Assembly: GCA_026770705.1 (NCBI GenBank)
Contig: JANJGN010000020.1
Coordinates: 77,128,001-77,192,000, forward strand
From: Isurus oxyrinchus
Lineage: Eukaryota
Length of the DNA stretch: 64,000 nt
Direction: 5' to 3'
Below the pieces are notes generated by a model. It was not told the DNA's origin. It made no database searches and saw only the letters and a program-made list of their open reading frames with translations. The stretch's first letter is position 1. Each line of letters starts with the position of its first letter. Position numbers and translations under genes: made by a program. Positions 12,660-25,245 of this stretch are shown one piece after another.

Positions 12660-15225
12660 AAATTGAGCATTTCGCCCTTGAAGGAAACCATGTCGATGAA
12701 ATCAGTGCGAGAGTGAGACAGGGATATTGGCTCAGAAAATCTAGATGTAGATGCAATCTGGGTGGAGATAAGAAGCAACAATGAGTGGAAAAGATCACTT
12801 ATCTTTAGACATCCAGACAGCAGTGTTGACATAGGGGACGGCATAAAACAGGAACTTCGAGCTGCATGTAACAAGGGTGCTACAGAAATCATGGGTGACT
12901 TTTAACTACATATAGAGTTTGTAAACCAAATTAGCAATAATAAAATGGCGAATGGATTCCCGTAGTGTGTACGAAATTTTTTTTTCAGAGTCGTATGTCG
13001 AGGAACGGACTGGGGATCAGGCTATCCTAGATTTGGTATAGTGAAATGAGAAGCACTTAATTAATAATCTTGTTGCGTGGGGTCCTTTGGGGAACAGTGA
13101 CCATAACATGATAGAATTCTTCATTGGAATGGAAAGTGAAGTAGTCTGATCTGAAACGAGGGTGCTAAATCTTACAAAGGAATCGACAAAGGTAGCAGAT
13201 TTGAGTTGGCTAAGATCGATTGTAGTACTTCATCAAAAGGAATGATGGCGTGTAGACAATGTCCAATGATTAAGGAACGAGTGCATACCTTTCAAAAATC
13301 ATACTTTCTTTTCTGGCCCAAAAAAACAAGACAGGAAAAGCGGCCCAATCATGGGTAACAAAATAAATTAAGGATAGCTTTAGATCCAAAGAGGAGTCAT
13401 ATGAAGTTGCTAGAAAAATTAGCAAGCCTAAGGATTGGGAACAATTTAGAACTCAGCAAAGGACGACCAAGACGTCGAATAGGGGGGACAATATTGGACG
13501 AGGGTAAACTTGCAAGTAACATAAAAGCGGTCATTAAAAGCATCTATAAATATTTTTTAAAAACCTTACAGTCTGAAACGGGAGATCTTATAACAGAACA
13601 ATTACTTTAGCTCTGTCTTCACGTAGGGAGACATAAATAACTTCACAGAAATACGAAGGAACCTCGGGTCTATTGAGAATAAATAATTCAACGAAATTAA
13701 TGTTACTAACACAATTGTGCTAGAGAAATTAATCGGACTGAAAGCCAATCAATCCCCAAGTCCTGATAATATACATCTTGGGGTACTAAAGGAGGTGGCC
13801 ATGTAAATAGTGAGTGTAGTGGTTGTCATCTTCCAAGATTATGTAGGTTCTGCAACAGTCCCGGCAGATTGCAGGGTGTTAAATATAACCCCGCTACTTT
13901 GAAAATGAGTGATGAAGAAAACAGCGAATTACAGACCTGTTAGCCGAACCTCAATAGTAGGGGAAATGCTATAGTCTGTTGTAGAGTATGTGATAACAGG
14001 ACACTTTAAAAATATCAATGGGATGAGACAAATTCAACATGTATCTATCAAAGGAAATCATGTTTAACAAACCTACTGAAATTTTTAAGGCTGCAATTTG
14101 CAAAAAAGATAAGGGAGAACCAGTGGCTGTGATGAATTTGGATAATCAGAAAGCCTGGGAAAAAGACGCAAATAAGGAGTTAGCGTGTAAAATTAAAGAC
14201 AGGAAAGAGAGCAGCAATAAGTAGGTCTTCTTTGCAGTGTCAGGCGGTGACGAGTGGATTAACAGGGATCATTGCTTGGGCTCGAGCTATTTATATATAT
14301 ATATATATATCAATGATTTGCAAGACGCAACAAAAGGCAATATTTCCAATTTGCTGATGACACGAAACTTGGTGAGGATGTGAGTGAAGAGGCGAGTGTT
14401 CTGAGGCTACAAGGCGAGTTAAACAGGTTAGTGAGTGGGAGAATAAGTATGATGTTATCCGCTATGGCAGGAAAAGCAGATTGGCAGAATATTATTTAAT
14501 GGTGATAAATTGGGAAATGTTGATGTGCAAAGGGACCTGGATGCCCTTGTGCAGCAATCACTGAAGGCAAGCATGCAGGTGCAGCAAGCAGTTAAGGACG
14601 TAAATGGCACGTTGACCTTTATTGCGAGGGAATTTGAGTGCAGGAGCAACGATGTCTTACTGCAACTGTGCATGGTCATTGTGAGATCACACCTGGAGTA
14701 GCGTGTGCAGTTCTGGTCTCCTTACCTAAGAAAGGATATACCTGCTGGAGAGGGAGTTCAGCAAAGGTTCGCCAGGCTGTTTTCTGGGCTGGCAGAATTC
14801 TCGTATGGCTAGGCCATTATTCATTGGAGCTCAGAAGAATGAGAGGCGTTCGCATTGAAACATATGAAACTCTGACAGGAATGTACAGACTGGATGCAGG
14901 GATGATAACTCCTCTGGCTCGGGCGTCTAGAACAAGGGGTCACAGACTCAGGATACGGGATAGACCATTTAGGACTGAGATGTGGAGAAACGTCTTCAAT
15001 CAGCAAGTAGCGAACATGTGGAATTCTCTAGCACAGAAGGCTGTGGAGGTCAAGTCACTAGATGTATTTAAGAAGTAAATAAATAAACTTCTAGCCTTCA
15101 AATGCATCAAGGGGTGTGGGGAGAGAGCCGGTCTAAGGCGTTGAGATAGAGGATCAGCCATCATCAAACTGAATGGTGGAGCAAGCTCGAAGGGTTCGAA
15201 GGAGTAATCCTACTCCTATTTTCAA
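12660..15225 (+). mobile_element. 5'-truncated CR1 LINE (endonuclease end, RT and 3' UTR), decayed
   Basis: GPLGNSDHNMIEF, NYRPVS.TS.VG.ML, ADDTKLG and RSHLE.RVQFWSPYL motifs, followed by a CR1 3' UTR. Many frameshifts. Confidence 0.9.
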
Positions 15226-15269
15226 TATTTCGGTGGACAATATTTTCCGGACACTGAAAGTAAGCATGA

Positions 15270-15745
15270 GGAATTAACTATCTGCACAAGATTTATAACA
15301 CTGCTTCACATGTGCACATTGAAGATAGCAGTTAATATCGGGCCTGTCCATATTCATTGCAACATGACTGAAATGGGCCTTTGCAGACTTAGTGCTGCCG
15401 TGCATAATCTCGCCTGGTTCCACGGAAAGCGATTTACGGGAAAAGGACGTGCACACTTACCCTTACTTATCCGTCATGAATGAAAGTAACGTGGCAGAAA
15501 TGGAGCCTCGACACATCACATAACCATACCGAACTGGAACGGTCCACATTAACTAGAATCGTGCTCAACTGGACCTCCGTTTACGGAATTGAAGCGTACT
15601 CTCTATAATTATGCATAATTAACGCATAAGCGCTTGATTATATCTGACCAAGTAAAACGTAGCCGTTCACAGCTACACAACTGTGCACAATCACTACAGC
15701 AGGATTTGACATGTCTGCAATGAATTTAACTGAAGTGGAATAATC
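15270..15745 (-). repeat. 35-bp satellite (reverse orientation), right part, upstream of the + strand GPCR
   Basis: Repeated GAACTGGAC / GTGCACA / AACCG motifs. Confidence 0.6.
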
Positions 15746-16159
15746 CACACTGCAAGAAGCCGTACAGAAGATTTGAGTACTTTAAAGCTAAAGGTGATGA
15801 GTTGAACATTTCCATACCAAATACAAACAAGCTTATGTGAAGAGACAGAAAATGCTGGAAATACGCAATAGACCGTTGACCATTTGTGGACAGAAAACGG
15901 TAATAGGTTCAGATCCATGACTTTACATCGAAGTTGGGGAACAGGTAGCAATGGAAGAGTTTTTGTTTTCACTATAGCGGCTGGAAACTGTTGTGGTAAA
16001 GAGCAGATGACAAAGAAACACCAATGTATGTTTGTGTTAATGTGGAAGACAGAAGGCCACTTTGTGAGCATGTTCCTTCAGAACAATGTCAGTGACCTTG
16101 AAGAGCTTTCTACTCCGTCAAAATAAAAACAATTTCCTGACAGCGGCAGCACGAGCATC

Positions 16160-16245
16160 TTTGTTTCAATTAGCGTAATTATTGCAAAAGATCAAAGCGT
16201 CCAATTGTCTCCCTGGAGGCAGGTCTGAGATATATATGTGACTGT
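16160..16245 (+). promoter_or_regulatory. Conserved proximal promoter of the GPCR family (TAATT boxes, O/E-like site, TATA-like box)
   Basis: Aligns with the reverse complement of 55981-56063 at a similar distance from the ATG: TTTGTTTCA.TTAG.GT.ATTA.TG.AAAAGAT.AAA...C.AATTGT.TCC.TGGA...GATA.ATGTGAC. Confidence 0.6.
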
Positions 16246-16287
16246 CTTTAGTTGTGGTGCAGAACACACTCGCAACTGGTGACAGAA

Positions 16288-17960
16288 ATGCACGGATTGC
16301 CAAAAGAATTGATTTTCATCATATGCTATCCCGTCCTTGCAGCGATCGGGATTCCAGGTTAAGTATTTTGATTTGCTATGTTATTGACATTTTTGTTTAA
16401 TTACTTCTCTTTAGTTTGCTTTCATTTTAGTGAATCATTGTTCGTATTTAGGAGCTTTGCTTCTGCATGACACGATATTCTTTCTCCCATTAAACAGAAC
16501 AATCTATCAACATTACGGCGACATCTTCCACTTTATCACGTTCGACACTGTCCCTTTTTTCCACTTCAAGGGAAATGTTTAATTTAATTCTCCATTTTAG
16601 CAACACAATTGCTTTCATTTACTGACATGATTAGTCGTCATCAAAATGTCGAGTCACTCAAGTTTGCTTGTGCCTTTTCTTCCCTTGGACATAGTTTCTC
16701 CCCAATGCCAGGATAATAGTTCAGCAGTCACAATGCACTATCTTTCCTGAGCTAGTAACATTTAGTCAGTTTAATTGGACACTTTCATCTGTTTATCGCC
16801 ACCGTTCGAGGTTTCAGATGTTATTTTATTTTATTCTTGGTATTTTTTAAAAGGGTGACGTATAACGCTGTTACCACTGAGGAAATGTTTTTCTGTTGTG
16901 TCAGTGGCATTGTCACCTTGTGTGAATTATTACACAGGAACTGTATCTAAATTATGCATTATCTCATTCCTTTCCCTTTAAGTTTCGCTGGAATATGAAC
17001 AGTATTTATCTGATAAATCTGTGCAGAATATTAAATGACTGGCCCAGGGTTTCTTGCCTTAGCAGAAACCTGGCACCCTGGGCGGCGAAGAATTCTCAGG
17101 GAGCTGAAGTTGGGCTTGAATTAGGACATTTTGACTCTAAAGCTAAACGTCTTTCAACTTAACAGCAACTGAACATTTAACTGTGTGTGGATTTCCTACC
17201 TGCTGTGAAGGACAGTTGTATTCGCTGCAAGTCGTCATAACTCGGGAGTTCTAGTTACCCTTTATTTCCTTCCAAATGAGCTTTTTTTCTAATTTAGCTG
17301 TTCTCATTTGCTGGTTTATGCCCACAGGAGCAACACTTTGTATTTAATTCCATTCAACGCCATCTACTGAGTTTCTGTAAAATTCTTAGGTCGATTTAAC
17401 ATTGTGTACCTTCTTTTTTTCCAATGTTCTAGCCTGTTCTTCTCTAAACAGCAAGCAAGAGGATACTTGATCGTTTTTCATTTAACTGAGTATCAATGCA
17501 GCAATTTGAATATTCACTATAGGGCCGAGCCCGCATTCTTCTTGTAAATCAGCAGCACAGTATTGACAATTTGCTGCATTTTGGAATGAGTCTTTTTTTC
17601 TCCACTGGAGCATATAAGTCGTGGGACTGAAATGGGAACATTGCTCTCCTTTCATGACCGATGCTGAATTTGTGAGTTTCTCAATATTTTCTGCTCTATA
17701 TTCATTTGTCCTCACCTCAAACTTACTGGTTATATTCCTCTGCCACAACTAATTTGGCAGTAATTGTGATCCTGTCTCGAGGAAAATGCGGTCTCACTGG
17801 ATGTATCACATACTACCTGATGTCCATGGCCGTTGCGGATCTCCTGATCATGATCCTTGCTGTGATGTTAAACCGGATTGTAGGTACATATTTCCCATTC
17901 AGTTTCCTTTCCATCACTCTGGCCTTTGCTCTCAGTCTTTTGTTCATATATGGCGTATAT
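16288..17960 (+). pseudogene. GPR139-like GPCR pseudogene: exon 1 at 16288-16357, truncated exon 2 from 17749
   Basis: Exon 1 MHGLPKELIFIICYPVLAAIGIP with a phase-1 GT donor. Exon 2 ANLAVIVILSRGKCGLTGCITYYLMSMAVADLLIMILAVMLNRIVGTYFPFSFLSIT. The acceptor reads CACAA instead of CACAG, and homology is lost before the DRF motif. Confidence 0.85.
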
Positions 17961-18509
17961 GGGTCCGCTTCACACTTGAACTCGTTTTCCCATAAACATA
18001 GCAACAGGGAACTGGAGTATTACAGACACAGAAAAAGTAAACAGTTTGTTCGCTTCTTCCATTTGGCAATGGAGGCGAAATCCGCAGGGTCATCGTACAG
18101 TACAAGTCACATGGGCAACAATGCCCCCTTTTAAATGATTACAAATCGCAACTGAGCAGAACAAAAAAAAATACCAAATTTAATGGGAACATTATCTTCA
18201 CCATCAATAATGCATTATAAGAGTTAATTGCCATCCTGATACAGAAACAGTAATTAGAATGAAATTGTGGGTTACACTTCGCAATGACCCCCTATCCCAA
18301 TCGTGGGTAAATACTACATACTTGCTCTTATTTGGAATTTCCCATGTTCTAACTTACAACCGCAATGAAAGTCTCAAGACTCAGCATTGCTCTCAGCAGA
18401 AAATCCAATCCAAGGCTCTGTACATATCACTCGTTATGTCTTCCAATGTTAGTTGAAACAGACAGATTGCCCTACACTTTATAAGAGCTTTGTCTAAGGA
18501 ATTAAGTAG

Positions 18510-18890
18510 CCGGAAAATGCACATGTTGTAGAAGCTTATGGTCTTGCACTCATCAGGACAATTTGCAAGAGTTGCGCCAATTTCAACTGAACAAAAGACG
18601 GGAGAGCCAGTCTCTGGCTCATGCCCTCGTGAAATGTCTTGCCAATCAGAATCAATATACTTGATTTGAATGTAAATAATGGTTGACAGTTAACTTCCAT
18701 TCATCAGGTCACTATCGCATTCTCTATTGCAACGCCACGAGTGATCTGTTTGCACTCGCCCATCAATCATCATTCTCTTCTCATGACGTTTAAAGTGTTG
18801 TTCCATTTGATTCTTTAGTTACTCTTGCGAATTGTCCTGATGAGTCCAAGGTGAAAACCTTCGAAAGCATGTGTCTTTGATCAGCACTCT
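18510..18890. mobile_element. Penelope-type hairpin element with ~58-bp inverted arms and a hammerhead-like core
   Basis: 18516-18572 (CACATGTTGTAGAAGCTT...GCACTCATCAGGACAATTTGCAAGAG) is the inverse of 18822-18880 (CTCTTGCGAATTGTCCTGATGAGTCCAAGGTGAAAACCTTCGAAAGCATGTG). Confidence 0.7.
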
Positions 18891-18914
18891 CACGGTCTGT
18901 TCTACCAAAAACGA

Positions 18915-20310
18915 ATGAGTCCCCCGTCAGTGTTCAGGAAACTATTGGAGAAAATTCTGAAGGAAAGAATCTACCTTAACTTGGAGAGAGAAGGCTGTAT
19001 AAGAGATATTCAGCATGGATCTTTCAGAGGTAGGTCATGCCTAAAAAATTTGACTGAATTTTTGAGGAGTTGACCAGGTGTGTAGATGATGGTCGTGCAG
19101 TTGATGTAGTTTATATGGATTTCAGAAAAGCCTTTGATAAGGTCCCACATGGCAGCCTTATAAATAAGGCAAATGCGCAAGGGATACAGGGTAATTTGAT
19201 AAGGTGGATTATAACTTAGCTTAGTTGTAGGAGACAGAGTGTGATGACAGAAGGCTGTTTTAGTGACTGAAAACCAGAGTCCAGTGGTGTACCACAGGGA
19301 TCTGTGCCAGGTCCCCTATTATTTGTTATTTATATAAACGACATAGATGACTATGTGGGGAATAGTATTAGTAAGATTGTGAATGACACAAAGATTGCCT
19401 GGTTGGTTTACAGTGAGGTTGAGAATCTTGAGCTGGAGGAAGATATTGGCGTTGTGGTCAAATGGGCAAATAAGTGGCAGATGGAATTTAACCCTGAAAA
19501 GCATGAGGTTATACACTTTGGAAGGAGTAATTTGACAAGGAAGTATTCAATGAATGGCATGGCATTAGGAAGTTCTAAGGAACAAAATGACCTTGGTACA
19601 TGTGTCCATAAGTCTCTGAAGGCTGAGGGGCATGTTAGTGGGGTGGTGAAGAAGGCATTTGGGACACTAGCCTTTATCAAACGAGGCACAGATTGCAAAA
19701 GTAGAGGGGTCATGTTGGAATTGTATACAACCTTGGTGAGACCACAGCTGGAGTGCTGTGTGCAGTTTTGATCGCCAAATGATAGGAAGGATGTGATTGC
19801 GCTAGAGGCGGTGTAGAGGAGGTACACCTGGATGCTGCCTGGGATGAAACAATTAAGTTATAAAGAGAGGTTGGATAGACTTGGGTTATTTTCGGTGAAA
19901 CAGAGAAGATTGAGGGGCGACCAGTTCAAGGCGTACAATATTGTGAGGGGTATGGACGGGGTGGATAGGGAGCAGCTGTTCCCCTTCGTCGAAGGCTCAG
20001 TCACGAGGGAACACAAGTTCAAGGTGAGGGACAGGAAGTTTCGGGAGGATGTGAGGGGAAACCTTTTTTACCCAGGTGTTGGTGACTGTCTTGAAAGCAA
20101 TGCCTGGGAGAGTGGTGGAGGCTGGTTGCCTCACATCCTTTATAAAGTACCTGGATGAATACTTGGCACGTCCTAACATTCATGGTTGTGGGCCGAGTGC
20201 TGGTCAATGGGATTAGTTAGGTAGGTCAGGTGTTTCTCATGTGTCAGTGCAGACTCGATGGGCCGATGTGCCTCTTCTGCACTGTGCGATCCTGTGGTTC
20301 TGTGACTACT
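18915..20310 (+). mobile_element. CR1 LINE 3' part (RT domain plus 3' UTR)
   Basis: YMDFRKAFDKVPH, GVPQGSVPGPLLFVIYINDID and LVRPQLECCVQF motifs, followed by a repeat-like 3' tail. Confidence 0.92.
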
Positions 20311-20389
20311 TATTAAACTCTCCATGAAGTGATTGTCATGAGTCTAAACAGCAGAATCAAGTCTCTAAATTCGCTGACCTATCAAAAAT

Positions 20390-20960
20390 TGAAGTGAATG
20401 ACCGACTCCCTTCTCGCCCAAACATTGTTTTAATCATTTTCTTATCTGAGTGAACGTACTTGAATTTGAAGGAATGAGACAACTGGCAATATGCTTCTTC
20501 GCCGATGGTGCAGGTGAACGATTTCATACCTGTGGGAACATTTCAATAAATCTCCAGCTGGGGTGGGCAAACGAATTCCTTTCTATGGTCCAGGTATTTC
20601 CAACGTTTCCTTCCATAGAGTACGTCCTGTGTCTTCCCAGGTTGGGTAATCCGTTGAAACCTATTCCACAGACAGAAGAGTTGCAGGTTCTCTCCACATT
20701 CCAAATGCTGCAACTTCAGTTGTAATTCTGTGTAAGTGATTGCAGATCTTTGGATAGTCATTGCATTGGAACACTCCCAGTTGGGTGCGTGTTTTATTTT
20801 GCTTCCAGCAACACGGGCATTTGAAATCAAATTCCACTGATTGTATTGGGAAATATTGCTCCTTTTTTGTTTTAGTTTCTGTTCTCCATTCACGGGATCC
20901 CCTCTCGCTGTCGACTGAAGGAATTCCTTTTGGATGGTTTCAGTTTTGCAATTACCCAAT
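20390..20960 (-). pseudogene. Decayed C2H2 zinc-finger gene fragment
   Basis: Minus strand gives KRWKYLDHRKEFVCPPQLEIY, then PTGMKSFTCTIGEEAYCQLSHSFKFKYVHSDKK. These are degenerate KPWKC..CGKGF..PSQL..H...HTGERPFTC repeats. Confidence 0.6.
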
Positions 20961-21194
20961 AGCCTTTGAGTTCCTCTCCTGAAGATGTTGACTCAGAGGA
21001 AAAGCAGGATACATACAGCTGCTCGAATATTTCCTATAATTCACTTAGTTCATGGGTATTCTAAATATAACTTGCATCTACCCACCTTAGTTTTATTCTC
21101 TTCCAATGGTTTTCCTGAAAGTAGTCAATTTATCTCATTTTTGCATATTCGATTGACTCCGATTCTCTTTGAAGCTTTAGGAGAAAATGGTCAA

Positions 21195-21700
21195 GGGGCA
21201 TGGTAACATAATAATTATTTTAATGGACTAAAACACGAAATCTATTTTATTGATTCGGGACATAATTTAAGATCCCACATCGGTGGCTAAAATAGTTGAA
21301 TTAAGTTCTCTACATGCAGCTGAAATTAAGAAGGCAAAGAAAAAGAAAAATGGCACATCACGAATAATGACCATGAAAGTATATTCTTATCAAGAAGGAA
21401 AAAAATGCGTTCTGTTTCATTAATGCATCTTAATGGAAGGATTGTGCTTTAGTTCCCCTGCTTGGCGTACATGTGATTCCAGACCCATGGAGATGTACCT
21501 AAGTGTTAACTGTTGTCTGAAATGGTCGAGCAAGCCGCTATGAAACAAAAAAAGAAAAGTAACAGTGTGAGGAACACTCGTGATTGTCCCAGGTGCTGGA
21601 AGCTACAAAGGGAAAGCCAGCCCAATCGATCGTGCAAAGCCCTCCTCATTCACATATTGGGACATGACAGCTGACCCACAAACTAGCCAATGGAAAGTCT
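21195..21700 (+). mobile_element. tRNA-derived SINE-like element, decayed
   Basis: GGCATGGTAACATAATAA..AATGGACTAA head and a CATGTGATTCCAGACCCA...GTTAACTG..CTGAAATGG core shared with the other SINE copies. Confidence 0.5.
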
Positions 21701-22419
21701 GACGTTGTCGGACTCGCCGAATCAAACCATTGAGAAAATGTTCCAAACTCTTCAATCACCAGCTCTAGTCATGTGCTTTCCCAATGGCATAATAACAAAA
21801 TGTATCGTAAAATGTGGCACGCTATTTGGCCACAACAGGATGGAACTTTTGTCTTCAAAATCGAAACGGGCTAAATCACAATTAAATTTAGACTATGTTC
21901 AGATATCTCTTTGAGTTTTGCGAAGATCAATTAGATCTCCTGGCTTTGAAGGAAAAAGCTTTGTAATCTTGAATACAACAATATCATTGCAGTAAAAATA
22001 ATACATTGTGCGTTCGTTGGCTAGTAATTATAAAAACGTCAATCTTTCAAATTTGCGCCTATAGTTTTGGAGCCAATGTAGTTTTTAACGGCCAGGCATC
22101 AGCAAGGATACGAAGCAAAACAGAGAATTTCAGTTATTGACCTGATACAGCCATCTTCTTAATTGGGATGATCCATATGGACAACTCGTTTTCAAAGTGG
22201 ACATTATGTCAGTAGTTGAATGTTGCAATTGTGATCGATCTTTGAAAGTAATAATACCAGGCATCCAGTGTAGTTATATTACACATAGACTCCCATGTGG
22301 AAGTGTTTTCATAATTTACATGTCAATTTGAATTTTGTCTGGTTAGCAAATGTCATGTGAATTTTGATTGCTTCCTATAATAGGCTGTGCTATTAAAATC
22401 AGTGATTTGAATTGTTTTT

Positions 22420-22790
22420 TTCTTCTTGATGCTTTCACATGTCATGGATGTCACTGAGCAGGCCATCATTTGTTGCCCAACCCTAATTACCTTTGTCCTG
22501 AGTGGCTTGTAAGGCCATTTCAGAGGGCAGTTAAGAGTCAACCACATTGTTGCGGGACTGGAGTCATCAGTAGGCCAGGCTAGTTAAGTGAACCAGATGA
22601 GTTTTTACAACAAACTGTGATAGTTCCACGGTCACTATTGCTGGGGCTAGTTTCACAATTTCTGATTCATTCAACGAGTTTAAACTCTATCTGATGCCGT
22701 GGTTTGATTTGATCCTCCCTCTCTAAAGTATTAGCCTTGACACCTGGATTATTAGCTTTATGACAGTGCGATGGCGCCACCATCATCCCA
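22420..22790 (-). mobile_element. SINE (shark HE1-like) with LINE-derived tail
   Basis: GGCCATTTCAGAGGGCAGTTAAGAGTCAACCACATTG..GGACTGGAGTCA; the same family occurs at 11800-12125 and 32620-32910. Confidence 0.65.
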
Positions 22791-23654
22791 ATCATATGGA
22801 GAGAAAAACATGCAGAGAAACACAGAGAGTTTAAGAAATCACACATACAATTGCGCTGCTTTAGCTTTCTCTGGGGATACGTATCTCCTTTCAGTTTGAG
22901 ATTCTACTTCAACCAATATATTGGTTTCATTTCTACAATCCAGATATTTGAAGAAAGTTTATTTGAGATATAAACTATTGTATTTCAATTAACCAATTAT
23001 AAGTAACAATAATTCATCGAAATGGATGAAATTATTTTAAAAGCAAGTATAAAAAAATATTCTGCAGTCTCTTTGTCCGCAGTGCTTTAGGCAAACTCGC
23101 AAAATGGTCACAGCCTTCCTTTTCGGGCCTGAAAAGACCTGGGTATATCTCAAATTATTCTGGAAGTCTCAGGTAGCCCAAAATTGGAGCAACAGGTTAA
23201 CAAAAAAAATGCTGTCACGATGCAACGGTGACACTAGTGCTATTGTCCAGCAATCGCTTGAAGACAACAGAACAAGACAAGTTTCTATTCACCAGGCAAT
23301 TGAGTAACGCTGTGTAGGAATTCCACCGCCAGGAAAGTGAGTCAGAGATCCCAGCGATTGGTTGGTCGAGGCAAACAAAATGTCCCTCCACCCGGTTCGT
23401 AATATACAGAACAAAGATCCAACTGATGCAGCCCGCGCTTGAAAAACTCGAATCAAAACTCCAACAATTAGAGACGATTCCACGATTGGTCAGCAGTCGT
23501 TGAGCAGTCTTGAGTGTGCTAATTGCTGCACGCTAGCAAGAACTTCAAGGTGATCCGTCAAGTTGGTCACATGGTTCATTAAAACTTGTAAGTGACAACA
23601 TACATTCATAAACAAGGATTCGATCTCTGCAAGCTAAATTAATTTTCCTTTTTT

Positions 23655-24075
23655 TTTTCAAAATTTGTATCCAGAATTCAGGCTTCGCTGGCTAGGCTAA
23701 CATTTATTGCCAATCACCAATTGTCCTTCGGAAGGTGATGGTGAACCGCGTACTTGAACCGCTGCAATCCATGTGGTGTACAGGCAGTACAGTGCACTTA
23801 GGGAGGAAGTTCAAAGATTTAACCTCCACCACAGTGAAGGAGCGACGATCTGATCGAAGTCTGGATGGTGTGTGGCTTGGAGGAGAACTTGAAGCCGATG
23901 GTGTTCTTATTCATTTCCTGCCCTTGATCTTCCAGGCAGTAGAGATCGTAGGTTGTTAAGATGATGTCTAAGAAGCCTTGATGATTTCCTGAAATGCATC
24001 CTGTACATTGTTCGCAACTGCTCCCTCTTTGCATCGGTGGTGCAGGGACTGATTGTTTGTCGACGGGGTGCTAAT
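23655..24075 (-). mobile_element. Family-B LINE 3' fragment (resumes at about 25245-25290 after the nested CR1)
   Basis: GCTGGCTAGGCTAACATTTATTGCC...GAAGGTGATGGTGAACCG matches the reverse complement of 37900-38310. Confidence 0.75.
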
Positions 24076-24079
24076 AGCT

Positions 24080-25245
24080 AAGTGATAATAAGAAATTGCA
24101 ACAGCAGTAAGCCATTCAGCCGCTCAAGCCTGCCCTGCCATTCAATGATATCATGGCTGATCTGCCCCAAGCCTCAACTCCTCTGTACTGCCAGCTCTTC
24201 ATGAAGCTCAACTCATGATATTTCAAAAATCTATCCATCTCTTTTTAAATACCTTCAGAGATCAAGCTTCCACAACTCTCTGGGGTAGAGAATTCCAGAC
24301 ATTCAATACTCTCAGAGAGAAGATATTCCTTCGCAACCCAGTTTTGTAGGAGTGGCTCCTTATTATTTAACTGTGTCCCCTAGCTCGAGAGCCAACATTT
24401 TCTCAACATCTACCTGCCAAGGAACCCCTCCCCTCAGGATTCTGTTCATCTCAATAAGATCATCCCTCATTCTTCTAAATGTTAATAAATAAAGTCCTAA
24501 TCTCTTCAGCCGTTCCTGATAAATCAACTCCTTCATCCCAGGAATCAGCCTAACTAATCCTCTTTGAACAGCATCTGATGCCTGTATATAATTTCTTAAA
24601 TACGGGAGCTGAAACTGTACATAGCACTCCAGTTGGGGCCCCAACGAAGCCTGCACATTTGTAACAAGGCCTCCCTATTTTTAAAAATGTAACCCCCTAG
24701 CAACAAAATCCAAAATGCCATTTGCCTTCTTAATTACATGTTAACGTTTTGTGTTTCGTACATAGGAACAATCAGATCCTGCACGTTTTTGGAGTCTTTC
24801 TACATTTTAATAATAGTCTGCCTTTTGATTCTTCCTACAAAAGTGAATGACCTCGCACTTTCCTACATTAAACTCCATCTGCCAAGTGTTTTTTCTCACT
24901 CACTCAACCTATCCACAACCCCTTTTATATTCCTTATGTCCTTTCAAAACATGTCTTCTCACATGTTTTTTCTCATATTGTTGTATCATCAGCAAATTTG
25001 GATACATCACACTCTGGCCGCTCCTCCAAGTCATCGCAATAGATAATAAATAGTTGAGGCGCTAGGAGGTATACTTGTGGCACTCCATTTGTTGAGTCTT
25101 TCCAATGCGTCTGAAAAGGACCCATTAATCCAGACTCTTTGTCTCCTCTCTGTTATCCAATCCTCAGTCCATACCACTACATTTCTCCCAATACCATGAG
25201 CTCTTAACTTGTGCAATAACCTTTTACATGGCACCATATCGAATG
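24080..25245 (-). mobile_element. CR1 LINE 3' part nested in the family-B element
   Basis: ORFs FDMVPCKRLLHKLRAHGIG and GPQLECYVQFQLPYLR...LKRLGLY, plus a CR1 3' UTR. Confidence 0.88.

Noticed and set aside
5345-17960. Shared truncation breakpoint between the two short GPCR fragments
   Set aside because: The 17749 copy appears to keep weak homology (ITLAFALSLLFIYG) beyond the point where the 5502 copy ends, so the breakpoints differ.
17706-18134. 142-aa ORF as an intact membrane protein
   Set aside because: It starts in intron sequence with a non-ATG codon, covers only TM1-TM3 of the GPCR, and then loses homology.
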